This document shows, piece after piece, positions 17,626-24,877 of a stretch of DNA of 64,000 nt. This DNA is from an uncultured Dehalococcoidia bacterium (GTDB lineage Bacteria; Chloroflexota; Dehalococcoidia; Bin125). Positions within the stretch are counted from its first letter, which is position 1. Each line of letters opens with the position of its first letter. The position numbers were made by a program, and so were the translations under genes. Under the pieces are notes generated by a model. The model was not told the origin of the DNA, did no database searches, and worked only from the letters and a program-made list of their open reading frames with translations. The DNA is taken from NCBI GenBank assembly GCA_964347635.1, contig CAYFZI010000009.1, positions 1,039 through 65,038 of the forward strand, written 5' to 3'.

Positions 17626-18993
17626 TCACGCCGGCGAGCGGGCGGCGCTGCGCGGCTGGCGCCCCGGCAGGCGGCGCGGCTCGACGGCCGCCTCGCCGCG
17701 CTCATGGTACGTGGTCAGAATGGCAGCGGCGAGTTTGCCCGCGTCGTGCCGGTAACGGTTGCCCGTATCGACGATGTCGGCCTCGATGATCGCCGCGCCG
17801 TCGAGCGGCTGGCCGCCCTCGAGCTGTACCGGCTCGGAGTGCCAGCGGCGCGGCAGCCGCGCCGATGCGTTGCTGTTCGCCAGCACGAAGTCGAACGGCG
17901 TCCCGCCGATGTGGTCGGCGATCGTGCGCACGTGGTCCTGCACGCTGTAGTGGTCCGTCTCGCCGTGCTGGGTGGCCACGTTGGAGATGTAGAGCTTCAT
18001 CGCCTGCGACTCCTGAAAGGCCAGCCGCAGGTTCGGCACCAGCAGGTTCGGCAGCACGCTCGTGTACAGGCTGCCCGGCCCCACAATGATCATGTCTGCG
18101 TTGGTGATCGCGTTGATCGTGTCGGGGTAAGCGGGGGGGCTCTGCGGCTCCAGAGTCAACTGGCGGATCTGCTTCTCCGCCGAGGTGATCCGCGATTCGC
18201 CGCGGATCATTTCGCCGTCGCTGGTCAGCGCGGCCAGGCGGATGTCCTCCAGCGTCGAAGGCAGAATCCGCCCGCTCACCGCGAGCACCCGACCGGTCTC
18301 CCGAATCGCATCCTCCATGCTGCCCGTGATCTCCGACATCGCTGCGATGAACAGATTGCCGAACGAGTGGCCGGCCAGTTCTGCGCCGGAGTCCTCGCGG
18401 AAGCGGTATTGGAAGAGCCGCGTCATCAGCGGCTCGGCGTCGGCCAGGGCGGCGATGCAGTTGCGCAGATCGCCGGGCGGCAGCATCCCCATGTCGCGCC
18501 GCAGCCGCCCCGATGAGCCGCCGTCGTCGGCCACGGTCACGATCGCGGTGATGTTGTCGCTGTACTCCTTCAGTCCGCGCAGCAGCACCGAGAGGCCGGT
18601 GCCGCCGCCCAGGCAGACGATCCGCGGCCCCCGCCCGGCGAAGCGGTAGCGGTGGATCAGCTCCACCAGCGGCTTGTCGCTGTCGCCGTTCACGCGCGCC
18701 GAGCTGCGCGCCGCGGCCACCACGTGGGTGGTGAACTTCCAAACCCCGACGCTGACGCAGAGCAGCGCCAGCGCGATCAGAATCCCGCCCCGCGCGGCGT
18801 AGGGCAGAAACTGCAGGGTGATGTAGTAGAACTCGTTCGGCAGCGCGGCCGACACATAGAGCTCGCGCAGCAGAAAGGCGACGCCCAACCCGAGCAGCCC
18901 GGTGCCCGCGAACAAGAGCACGAACCAACGCTTGACGCCGAGCCCGGGCACCAACCACTTGCGCAGACTTGGGTCCTGCAGACGGCGCGGCAT
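17626..18993 (-). CDS. YvcK/CofD-family (UPF0052, gluconeogenesis factor-like) protein with N-terminal membrane extension
   Basis: IVCLGGGTGLSVLLRGLKEYSDNITAIVTVADDGGSSGRLRRDMGMLPPGDLRNC is the YvcK core. About 120 N-terminal residues carry 2-3 hydrophobic helices. Start ATG 18993. Confidence 0.88.
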   Translation of the reverse strand: MPRRLQDPSLRKWLVPGLGVKRWFVLLFAGTGLLGLGVAFLLRELYVSAALPNEFYYITLQFLPYAARGGILIALALLCVSVGVWKFTTHVVAAARSSARVNGDSDKPLVELIHRYRFAGRGPRIVCLGGGTGLSVLLRGLKEYSDNITAIVTVADDGGSSGRLRRDMGMLPPGDLRNCIAALADAEPLMTRLFQYRFREDSGAELAGHSFGNLFIAAMSEITGSMEDAIRETGRVLAVSGRILPSTLEDIRLAALTSDGEMIRGESRITSAEKQIRQLTLEPQSPPAYPDTINAITNADMIIVGPGSLYTSVLPNLLVPNLRLAFQESQAMKLYISNVATQHGETDHYSVQDHVRTIADHIGGTPFDFVLANSNASARLPRRWHSEPVQLEGGQPLDGAAIIEADIVDTGNRYRHDAGKLAAAILTTYHERGEAAVEPRRLPGRQPRSAARSPA

Positions 18994-19000
18994 CGGCCTC

Positions 19001-19006
19001 ACTATA
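19001..19006 (-). promoter_or_regulatory. -10-like hexamer TATAGT, 7 nt upstream of the yvcK-like ATG (leaderless-type arrangement)
   Basis: The complement of ACTATA at 19001-19006 reads TATAGT. Spacer 18994-19000, ATG at 18993, no SD possible. Confidence 0.4.
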
Positions 19007-19107
19007 TGCAGCCGCGCCCGCACGCGGTAGCGTGCAGCCCGAACCGCGGCGCCCCCGGCAGGCGCCCGCCCCGCCACCAGTAGCTAGTCCGAGGAGTGAG
19101 GAATCCG

Positions 19108-20127
19108 ATGGAACAGCGGCAATTCGGCAGCAGCGGCCTGACCGCCTCGGCGATCGGCTTCGGCACCTGGGAGATGAGCACCACGATGTACGGCCACATC
19201 GATGTGGGCGAAGCCAGCCGTGCGGTCAACGCCGCGATCGACCGCGGCATCACGCTCTTCGACACGGCCGAGGTCTACGGGCCCTACCACTCCGAAGAGC
19301 TCCTCGCCGCCGCGCTCGGCGCGCGCCGCAACGAGATCGTGCTCGTCACCAAAGTCGGCTTCGAATACGACGACCGCCCCCAAGTCGTCGGCGTCAACGC
19401 CGCGCGCGAGCACATCATTGAGCGCACCGAGGGCTGCCTGCGGCGGCTCCAGACGGACGTGATCGACCTGATGCTGATTCACTGGCCGGACCACGACACG
19501 CCGCTGGAGGAGACGATCGAAGGCCTCGAACGGCTCAAGCAGGACGGCAAAATCCGCCACTACGGCGTCTCCAACTTCAACATCGACATGATGCAGGAGT
19601 GCCAGCGCTACGGCTCGATCGCGGCCAATCAGGTCGGCTACCACATGTTCGACCGCCGCATGGAGCACCGCGTGCTGCCCTGGTGCCTGGCCAACGGGGT
19701 CGGCTACATGGCCTACGGCTCACTCGCATTCGGTCTGTTGACCGGCGCCTTCCAGCCCGACCACAGCTTCGAGGAGGGCGATTGGCGGCGCGCCGGCACC
19801 GCCTTCAATTTGCCCCTCTTCGAGCGCGAAGAGTTCATCAAGGAGGTCGAGGTCACCCGCCGCCTCGCCGAGCTGGCCGACGGCTACGGCAAAAGCGCCG
19901 CGCAGCTGGCGATCGCCTGGGTGCTCGATCACCCGGCCGTCTCCTGCGCGCTGGTCGGCATGCGCAACGAGCGCGAGCTGGAGGAAAACGTGGCCGCGGC
20001 GGATTGGAAGCTGAACGACGAAATCCGCAACGGCGTCAACGCGATCTTCGAGGACGTCGGCGTGCCGACGTATCAGAACACTGCTCAAGTGCTCTACGCT
20101 GCGCGCGCCATTGGCCGCAACCGCTAA
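19108..20127 (+). CDS. aldo/keto reductase
   Basis: ATG 19108 follows GAGGAGTGAGGA (19091-19102). MEQRQFGSSGLTASAIGFGTWEM...FDTAEVYG...LIHWPD are AKR hallmarks. Confidence 0.92.
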   Translation: MEQRQFGSSGLTASAIGFGTWEMSTTMYGHIDVGEASRAVNAAIDRGITLFDTAEVYGPYHSEELLAAALGARRNEIVLVTKVGFEYDDRPQVVGVNAAREHIIERTEGCLRRLQTDVIDLMLIHWPDHDTPLEETIEGLERLKQDGKIRHYGVSNFNIDMMQECQRYGSIAANQVGYHMFDRRMEHRVLPWCLANGVGYMAYGSLAFGLLTGAFQPDHSFEEGDWRRAGTAFNLPLFEREEFIKEVEVTRRLAELADGYGKSAAQLAIAWVLDHPAVSCALVGMRNERELEENVAAADWKLNDEIRNGVNAIFEDVGVPTYQNTAQVLYAARAIGRNR

Positions 20128-20151
20128 CCCCCCCCTCCCGCAACAAGTCAA

Positions 20152-20185
20152 GTGGAGCCGGACGCCCCCGCCCGGTCCGCTCCAC
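20152..20185 (+). terminator. strong GC hairpin 25 nt after the AKR stop (11 bp with one bulge)
   Basis: GTGGAGCcGGAC (20152-20163) pairs with GTCCGCTCCAC (20175-20185). No trailing U-tract. Confidence 0.35.
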
Positions 20186-20213
20186 AACAGAAGTGCAGGA
20201 AGCCGCCCCGCGC

Positions 20214-20232
20214 CCCCCACGACAAGTGGGGG
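20214..20232. repeat. hairpin CCCCCAC-GACAA-GTGGGGG (family with 29261-29282)
   Basis: 7-bp perfect stem. The 10-mer CAAGTGGGGG is repeated exactly at 29273-29282. Confidence 0.45.
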
Positions 20233-20272
20233 AGAGGGCGAAGGCGGGGGAGAGGAAAGTCTGCGCCTCCGC

Positions 20273-20278
20273 TAAACT
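20273..20278 (+). promoter_or_regulatory. -10-like hexamer TAAACT, 6 nt upstream of cc1 ATG 20285
   Basis: TAAACT-CACTCC-ATGG. Same context as cc2 (TAGCAT-CGCTCC-ATGG). Confidence 0.4.
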
Positions 20279-20284
20279 CACTCC

Positions 20285-20926
20285 ATGGTTATGGATAAGC
20301 CTGCCCTCGCCAGCGCTCTCACTGAAGGCGGCCTGGATTCAGAGTCTGCCCGCCGCTTCGTCGACCTGATCGAGCGCCAGCAGGCGGAGCTGGCCACCCA
20401 GGCCGAGGTCAACCGCCGCCTGGATGAGCAAGGCGAGCGGCTCGGCGACCGCATCGCCGCCCTCGAGCAGCGGTTCATCGACCTCTACGGCGGCCTCGAG
20501 CGCCGGCTCGACGACGCCAAGGCGGAACATGAGCGCCGCTTCGACGGCCTGGAGCGTCAGCTCGACAACTCCGAGGCAGAAAACGAACGTCGTTTCAACG
20601 GCCTGGAGCGTCAACTCGACAACTCCAGCGCGGAAACCAAGCGCGGCCACGACGGTCTGCAGCGCCAGCTTGACGACTCCAAGGCGGAAAACGAGCGCGG
20701 CCACGGTGGTCTGCAGCGCCAGATCGACGATGTCAAGGCGGAAATCAAGAGCAGCCACGACGGTCTGCAGCGCCAGATCGATGATGTCAAGGCAGAAGTT
20801 GATCGCCGCATCGACGACCTCCGCGACGCCGTCAATCAGCGCTTCAACCTCGTTTTCTGGACGATCGGCGCCAGCATCGCGATCAACGTCGCCCTCTTCG
20901 GCGTGATCCTGTCCAGGCTCTTCTAG
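20285..20926 (+). CDS. tail-anchored coiled-coil repeat protein (cc1; DUF1640/CCDC90-like architecture, tentative)
   Basis: 213 aa. Short N-terminal head (M)VMDKPALASALTEGGLDSESARRFVDLI, five in-frame 18-aa repeats, and a single C-terminal TM (FWTIGASIAINVALFGVIL) 4 residues before the stop. No signal peptide. Confidence 0.75.
   Translation: MVMDKPALASALTEGGLDSESARRFVDLIERQQAELATQAEVNRRLDEQGERLGDRIAALEQRFIDLYGGLERRLDDAKAEHERRFDGLERQLDNSEAENERRFNGLERQLDNSSAETKRGHDGLQRQLDDSKAENERGHGGLQRQIDDVKAEIKSSHDGLQRQIDDVKAEVDRRIDDLRDAVNQRFNLVFWTIGASIAINVALFGVILSRLF
20522..20791 (+). repeat. five in-frame 54-bp tandem repeats (18-aa units) inside cc1
   Basis: Units start at 20522, 20576, 20630, 20684 and 20738. 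They encode AEHERRFDGLERQLDNSE, AENERRFNGLERQLDNSS, AETKRGHDGLQRQLDDSK, AENERGHGGLQRQIDDVK and AEIKSSHDGLQRQIDDVK. Confidence 0.9.
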
Positions 20927-21085
20927 CGCCCGCCTATTCGTAAAGCCGGTGTAACTCCGCCGCTGCTGTTGATTGTAGACAGAACGGGGGATACCTTCCC
21001 GCTCGGCACGGCCTGGCACAAGCGGGCCGCCGCAGCTTGGGCTGCACGGCGCCGCTGGACGCGGCGGAAAGGACCCTCTGGACTC

Positions 21086-24052
21086 ATGCACGCGATGAAC
21101 GGAATTATCGGCCGCCGCGCCTGGCTGCCGGCGCTGGCAACCCTGTCGGCGCTGCTCGCCGTTGCGGTGCTGGCGCTCGCCCCGGCGCGCGCCGCGCCGC
21201 CGGATAACCTGGCGCTCTCGCTCAGCCTGGTCGGCGATTCGGACAACGTGGTGCCGGCCGGCGGGAATCTGCAGGTCGCCGCGAGGCTCAGCTACACCGC
21301 CCAATACGCTCAAGATCTAGTAGTGACCGGCGGCGCGCTGCGCGTCGCCGGCGGCCGCGAGTGGGAATCGAACGGGCGCAGCTCGCTCGGCGTCGAGCCC
21401 GCCGACTTCGGCCCGAAGCGGTACTACGCAGGGGCCGGGAACCGCGTCGCGGTGCAGGAGCGCACGAGCGCTGAGGGCGGCAGCATCGCGGTCGTCGGGG
21501 CGCGCGGCGAAACCGTCAACACGCACGACGCCGCAGGCGCGGCCGACCTCTTCGTGGGCGGCCGGTTTGTCACGCGGCTGACCGCCGACGGCAACGTGCG
21601 TGCGGGCGCCATCTTCGGGCTGTCGGTTGCCGTAGGCGGCGGCTACATCGTCGTCGGCGCGCCGTTCGAAGGCGGTAGCGGGTACGACGTGAATGAGCCC
21701 CAGGGCGCTGTCTACGTTTTCGACGACACGGGCGAACGGGTCGCCAGACTCACCCCGGGCCTGAATGCGGGCGATCCGGGCCAGTATGTGGCCTGGGACA
21801 CCAAGCCCAACCGACACCCGATTAACCGATTCGGCGACGACGTGGCGATCGACGACGCGGGCAATACCATCGTGGTCGCCGCCAAGTCGGCGAAAGCGCA
21901 GCGGAACACGGCGACCGTCTTTGTGTTCACGAAGCCGGCAGGCGGCTGGGCCGACAGGAGCACAGACGACAACGTTCCGTGGCTCTCATCGAGCGACCAG
22001 AACTACCGGTACCGTTTTGCCGCCCCTTCAGGCATCGACATCTCAGCCGACGGCAACATCATCGTTTGGGCCTTTGAGAATGTCTCCAAATCCATCATCG
22101 CGGTCCACGAAAAACCGGGAAGCGGTTGGGGCAACCTTCATCAAGGCTTTGTGACGCTAGACACCACGGAGGATTTTGACCAGCACCGCCCGGGCGAATC
22201 AATAGCCATCAGCGATGACGGCACCACGATCGCCGCCAGCGGCAACAGCCGCTGGGCGGCTGATAGCTATAATGAAGGCACCACGCCCGTCGGCCAGATC
22301 ATCCCAAACCCGGGCCGCGCCTACGTGTGGGAGCGGGACGGTAGCACTTGGACCAACCATACGGACCACGATGCGCTGCTGAGCGACCCAGAGAGCGCCC
22401 ATGGCGACCTGTTCGGCCGGAGCGTGGCGATCAACGGCGACGGCAGCACGATCGTCGTCTCGAACGGCTCGAAATCAGCCAACAACTACGCGGCCGGCGA
22501 GGCGCATGTGTTCGTACGGCCCGGCGCCGCCGGCACCTGGGCGGACGAGGACGAAGCAGACGTCGTGCTGCGATCGCCGCAGAGCGGGGCCCAGCTGTTA
22601 TTCGGATTCGGCGTGGCGCTCGACGGCGACACGCTCGTCGTCGGCCAGGAGGAGTCGCTCACCATCTACCAGATCGCGACCGGCCACGGCCGCGCCTTCA
22701 CCTTCGACATCTCGGCAACCCCGAATGAGGCCGCGGTGCAGCGCACCGGGGCCGAGCTGGTGGGGCCGGTGCGGTGGAACAACTGCACGCTGAGGTGGCT
22801 GGACGGGGTGAAGACCTATACCTGTGATCTCGCGACGGTGGCCGCCGCCGCCATCAACATCCCGGCCGGCACGCCGGACGGCACGTTCACGATCTCGGGC
22901 AGCGTCACCGTGGACGGCGGCGAATCGGGCACCGACGACGACGTGACCTACAGCGCCAGCCTGGAGGTCGAGGTCAGCAGTGAACCTGCGATCGCCGCCG
23001 AGTACGGAGGCTTGGCTTGGGACGCCGCGGCATTAATCCGATACGAAATCAATCAAGCGCTTCTCAGTATCGACGAGGGCGCCCCCGGATCGTACGGTTT
23101 CGACAGCGAGTCTTGGGTCTGCAGCAGCCGCTGCCGCTACTTGAACGTCACGTGGAGCGGTATCCTCCCGCGTGCAGAGCAGGGCAGGGCATACACCATC
23201 ACCATTGCCCGTAACCGCATCCCGGCCGCGCAGGACCTCGGCATTACCGATGATGAATTCGGAAAAGTGCTGGTGCCGACGCAAATGTCCCTGTCCATAT
23301 CCGGCAGCAGCACTTCCCAGCAATACGTGCCTATACCTTGGGCGGGCGAAACCGTGACCGTTACGGTCAGCGGAGACGGTGCGGAAGCATCCGCCGCCGT
23401 GAAGATTCCCGCTCCTGACCGCCCTGCTGTTTTCAGCTCCAGGGCGATGGCGGATCAGGTCGGCGCGACGCTGGCGGCGGATCCCGACGCCGCCGATCTG
23501 CCGATCGTGATGTCCGTCTGGCGCAAGGTCTCAGGGGCCACCCACTACGAAGTGCAGTACACCTTCCGGACCCGCTCCAGAGACGAAGAACGCCTGACGA
23601 AGGTGACCCGCATCGTGAGGTACAGCGATCTCTCCGACCAAAGCGGAGACTCTGGGCAGTATTCAAGCTTCAGCGCCAACTGGGATCAGCACCCGAACGC
23701 GTCGGTGCGGGGCTTGGAGGACAGCGACTTCGGCGAGGAGGGTGAATGGATGGGCGCGTTGATCACCCTGCCCGAGCTGCTGGCCGGCGAGGCCGGCTGG
23801 CCGGCGGATGCACTGGCTGCGAAGACCGAGATCACCGCGGCGCTGCGCGCAGGCAAGGAGAACGCGGTCGGCGTGCGGGTTCGCCCGCTGGCGGCCTGCG
23901 CCGCCCTGCTCATCCAGAGCGATCACTGCTTTGATCGGCACCTGCAGCAGCCGGGGGTCCTAGCGCTGTGGGGCAGGAAGAGCAAGATCACCTACGTGAC
24001 GTTCAATGGCGCCAACGCGCAGGAGTGGATCAGCTCCGCCGCCGGCGGCTAG
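21086..24052 (+). CDS. large secreted FG-GAP (integrin-alpha-like beta-propeller) repeat protein with uncharacterised C-terminal half
   Basis: ATG 21086 gives the signal peptide MHAMNGIIGRRAWLPALATLSALLAVAVLALAPARA. At least 5 FG-GAP-like units: FGLSVAVGGGYIVVGAP, FGDDVAIDDAGNTIVVAA, PGESIAISDDGTTIAASG, FGRSVAINGDGSTIVVSN, FGFGVALDGDTLVVGQ. FN3-like ATHYEVQY lies near the C-terminus. Confidence 0.8.
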   Translation: MHAMNGIIGRRAWLPALATLSALLAVAVLALAPARAAPPDNLALSLSLVGDSDNVVPAGGNLQVAARLSYTAQYAQDLVVTGGALRVAGGREWESNGRSSLGVEPADFGPKRYYAGAGNRVAVQERTSAEGGSIAVVGARGETVNTHDAAGAADLFVGGRFVTRLTADGNVRAGAIFGLSVAVGGGYIVVGAPFEGGSGYDVNEPQGAVYVFDDTGERVARLTPGLNAGDPGQYVAWDTKPNRHPINRFGDDVAIDDAGNTIVVAAKSAKAQRNTATVFVFTKPAGGWADRSTDDNVPWLSSSDQNYRYRFAAPSGIDISADGNIIVWAFENVSKSIIAVHEKPGSGWGNLHQGFVTLDTTEDFDQHRPGESIAISDDGTTIAASGNSRWAADSYNEGTTPVGQIIPNPGRAYVWERDGSTWTNHTDHDALLSDPESAHGDLFGRSVAINGDGSTIVVSNGSKSANNYAAGEAHVFVRPGAAGTWADEDEADVVLRSPQSGAQLLFGFGVALDGDTLVVGQEESLTIYQIATGHGRAFTFDISATPNEAAVQRTGAELVGPVRWNNCTLRWLDGVKTYTCDLATVAAAAINIPAGTPDGTFTISGSVTVDGGESGTDDDVTYSASLEVEVSSEPAIAAEYGGLAWDAAALIRYEINQALLSIDEGAPGSYGFDSESWVCSSRCRYLNVTWSGILPRAEQGRAYTITIARNRIPAAQDLGITDDEFGKVLVPTQMSLSISGSSTSQQYVPIPWAGETVTVTVSGDGAEASAAVKIPAPDRPAVFSSRAMADQVGATLAADPDAADLPIVMSVWRKVSGATHYEVQYTFRTRSRDEERLTKVTRIVRYSDLSDQSGDSGQYSSFSANWDQHPNASVRGLEDSDFGEEGEWMGALITLPELLAGEAGWPADALAAKTEITAALRAGKENAVGVRVRPLAACAALLIQSDHCFDRHLQQPGVLALWGRKSKITYVTFNGANAQEWISSAAGG

Positions 24053-24080
24053 GGGCTGTTCACCCTGACAGCCCAACCTC

Positions 24081-24116
24081 CATCCCTGCTCCTCCGCTTG
24101 CGGGGGAGCAGGGATG
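24081..24116 (+). terminator. 12-bp perfect hairpin 29 nt after the FG-GAP gene stop, loop carries a CCGCTTGCGG core
   Basis: CATCCCTGCTCC (24081-24092) and GGAGCAGGGATG (24105-24116) are exact complements. No U-tract. Confidence 0.4.
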
Positions 24117-24191
24117 TGTGCAGCGAATCTTCCCGGCCGGCAGGCCAATGCAGCATTAGCTTCGTCCGTCCGTTCGCCCTTCCCGCGGCGG

Positions 24192-24200
24192 TGGTAGCAT
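24192..24200 (+). promoter_or_regulatory. extended -10-like TGgTAGCAT, 6 nt upstream of cc2 ATG 24207
   Basis: TGG TAGCAT at 24192-24200, then CGCTCC, then ATG. Confidence 0.4.
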
Positions 24201-24206
24201 CGCTCC

Positions 24207-24800
24207 ATGGACAAGCTGCGCGTCTACGAAGCATTCCGGGCAGCAGGTATGGACGACGCAGCCTCAACGCGGCTGGCCGACGCTCTCTATGACGGCCGCT
24301 CGGGGCTGATCGCAAGCGGCGACCTGGAGTCCGCGCTCGCACGGCTCGGCTCCGACTTCGAATCCGCGCTCGCGCTGCTCAAGTCCGACCTTGAAGCCGC
24401 CGTCGCGCTGCTGGACCAGCGGCTGACGGCGCTGGAAGGGAAGGTTGACCGCGAGTTCGCCGCTGTTCGCAGTGAGATCCAGGATCTGCGTGAGGAGCTG
24501 CGCGACTTGCGCAGCGAGATGGTGGAGCGCGATGAGCGTCTGCGCGGTGAGATGGTGGAGCGCGACGAGCGTCTGCGCGGGGAGCTGCGCGACTTGCGCA
24601 GCGAGATGGTGGAGCGCGATGAGCGTCTGCGCGGTGAGATGGTGGAGCGCGACGGGCGTCTGCGCGGGGAGCTGCGCGACTTGCGAGGCGAGATGGCTCA
24701 GCGCGATGAACGTCTGCGCCGCGACATGACTTGGGCTTTAGGCGCGCTGTTTACCCTCATCGTGGCGCTGATGGGCATCGTGATCGGCTTCGCCGTCTGA
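24207..24800 (+). CDS. tail-anchored coiled-coil repeat protein (cc2; paralogous architecture to cc1)
   Basis: 197 aa. Head MDKLRVYEAFRAAGMDDAASTRLADAL, 11-aa/29-aa tandem repeats (EMVERDERLRG), and a C-terminal TM (WALGALFTLIVALMGIVIGFAV) ending at the stop. Confidence 0.75.
   Translation: MDKLRVYEAFRAAGMDDAASTRLADALYDGRSGLIASGDLESALARLGSDFESALALLKSDLEAAVALLDQRLTALEGKVDREFAAVRSEIQDLREELRDLRSEMVERDERLRGEMVERDERLRGELRDLRSEMVERDERLRGEMVERDGRLRGELRDLRGEMAQRDERLRRDMTWALGALFTLIVALMGIVIGFAV
24495..24720 (+). repeat. 87-bp tandem repeat (two copies 86/87 identical plus a diverged partial third), each containing two 33-bp sub-repeats, inside cc2
   Basis: Copies start at 24495, 24582 and 24669. The only difference between copies 1 and 2 is GACGAG versus GACGGG. 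Confidence 0.92.
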
Positions 24801-24839
24801 TTTTCCCCGCTCTCGCTTGCAAGCGGGGGCGGCAGAAAA
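24801..24839. other. TTTT-hairpin-AAAA element between convergent cc2 and gatB
   Basis: CCCCGCT (24805-24811) pairs with AGCGGGG (24822-24828). Contains the 12-nt perfect palindrome CGCTTGCAAGCG (24814-25). The T-run is 5' and the A-run 3' on both strands. Confidence 0.4.
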
Positions 24840-24877
24840 GCCTGCAGTCTGTAGATGAGGGCGCCGCGCGGCCGGGG

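Noticed and set aside
20522-24720. Regular tandem repeats at 20522-20791 (54 bp) and 24495-24720 (87/33 bp) considered as a possible CRISPR or other non-coding array.
   Set aside because: The repeats are contiguous with no unique spacers. They are multiples of 3 nt, lie in frame inside ORFs with plausible heads and TM tails, and encode amphipathic helical units. They are coding repeats.
24801-24839. TTTT-hairpin-AAAA between convergent cc2 and gatB considered as a canonical bidirectional rho-independent terminator.
   Set aside because: On either strand the RNA would read U-run, hairpin, A-run. The U-tract is on the 5' side rather than the 3' side of the stem. I keep it as a hairpin or palindrome of unknown role, not a classical intrinsic terminator.
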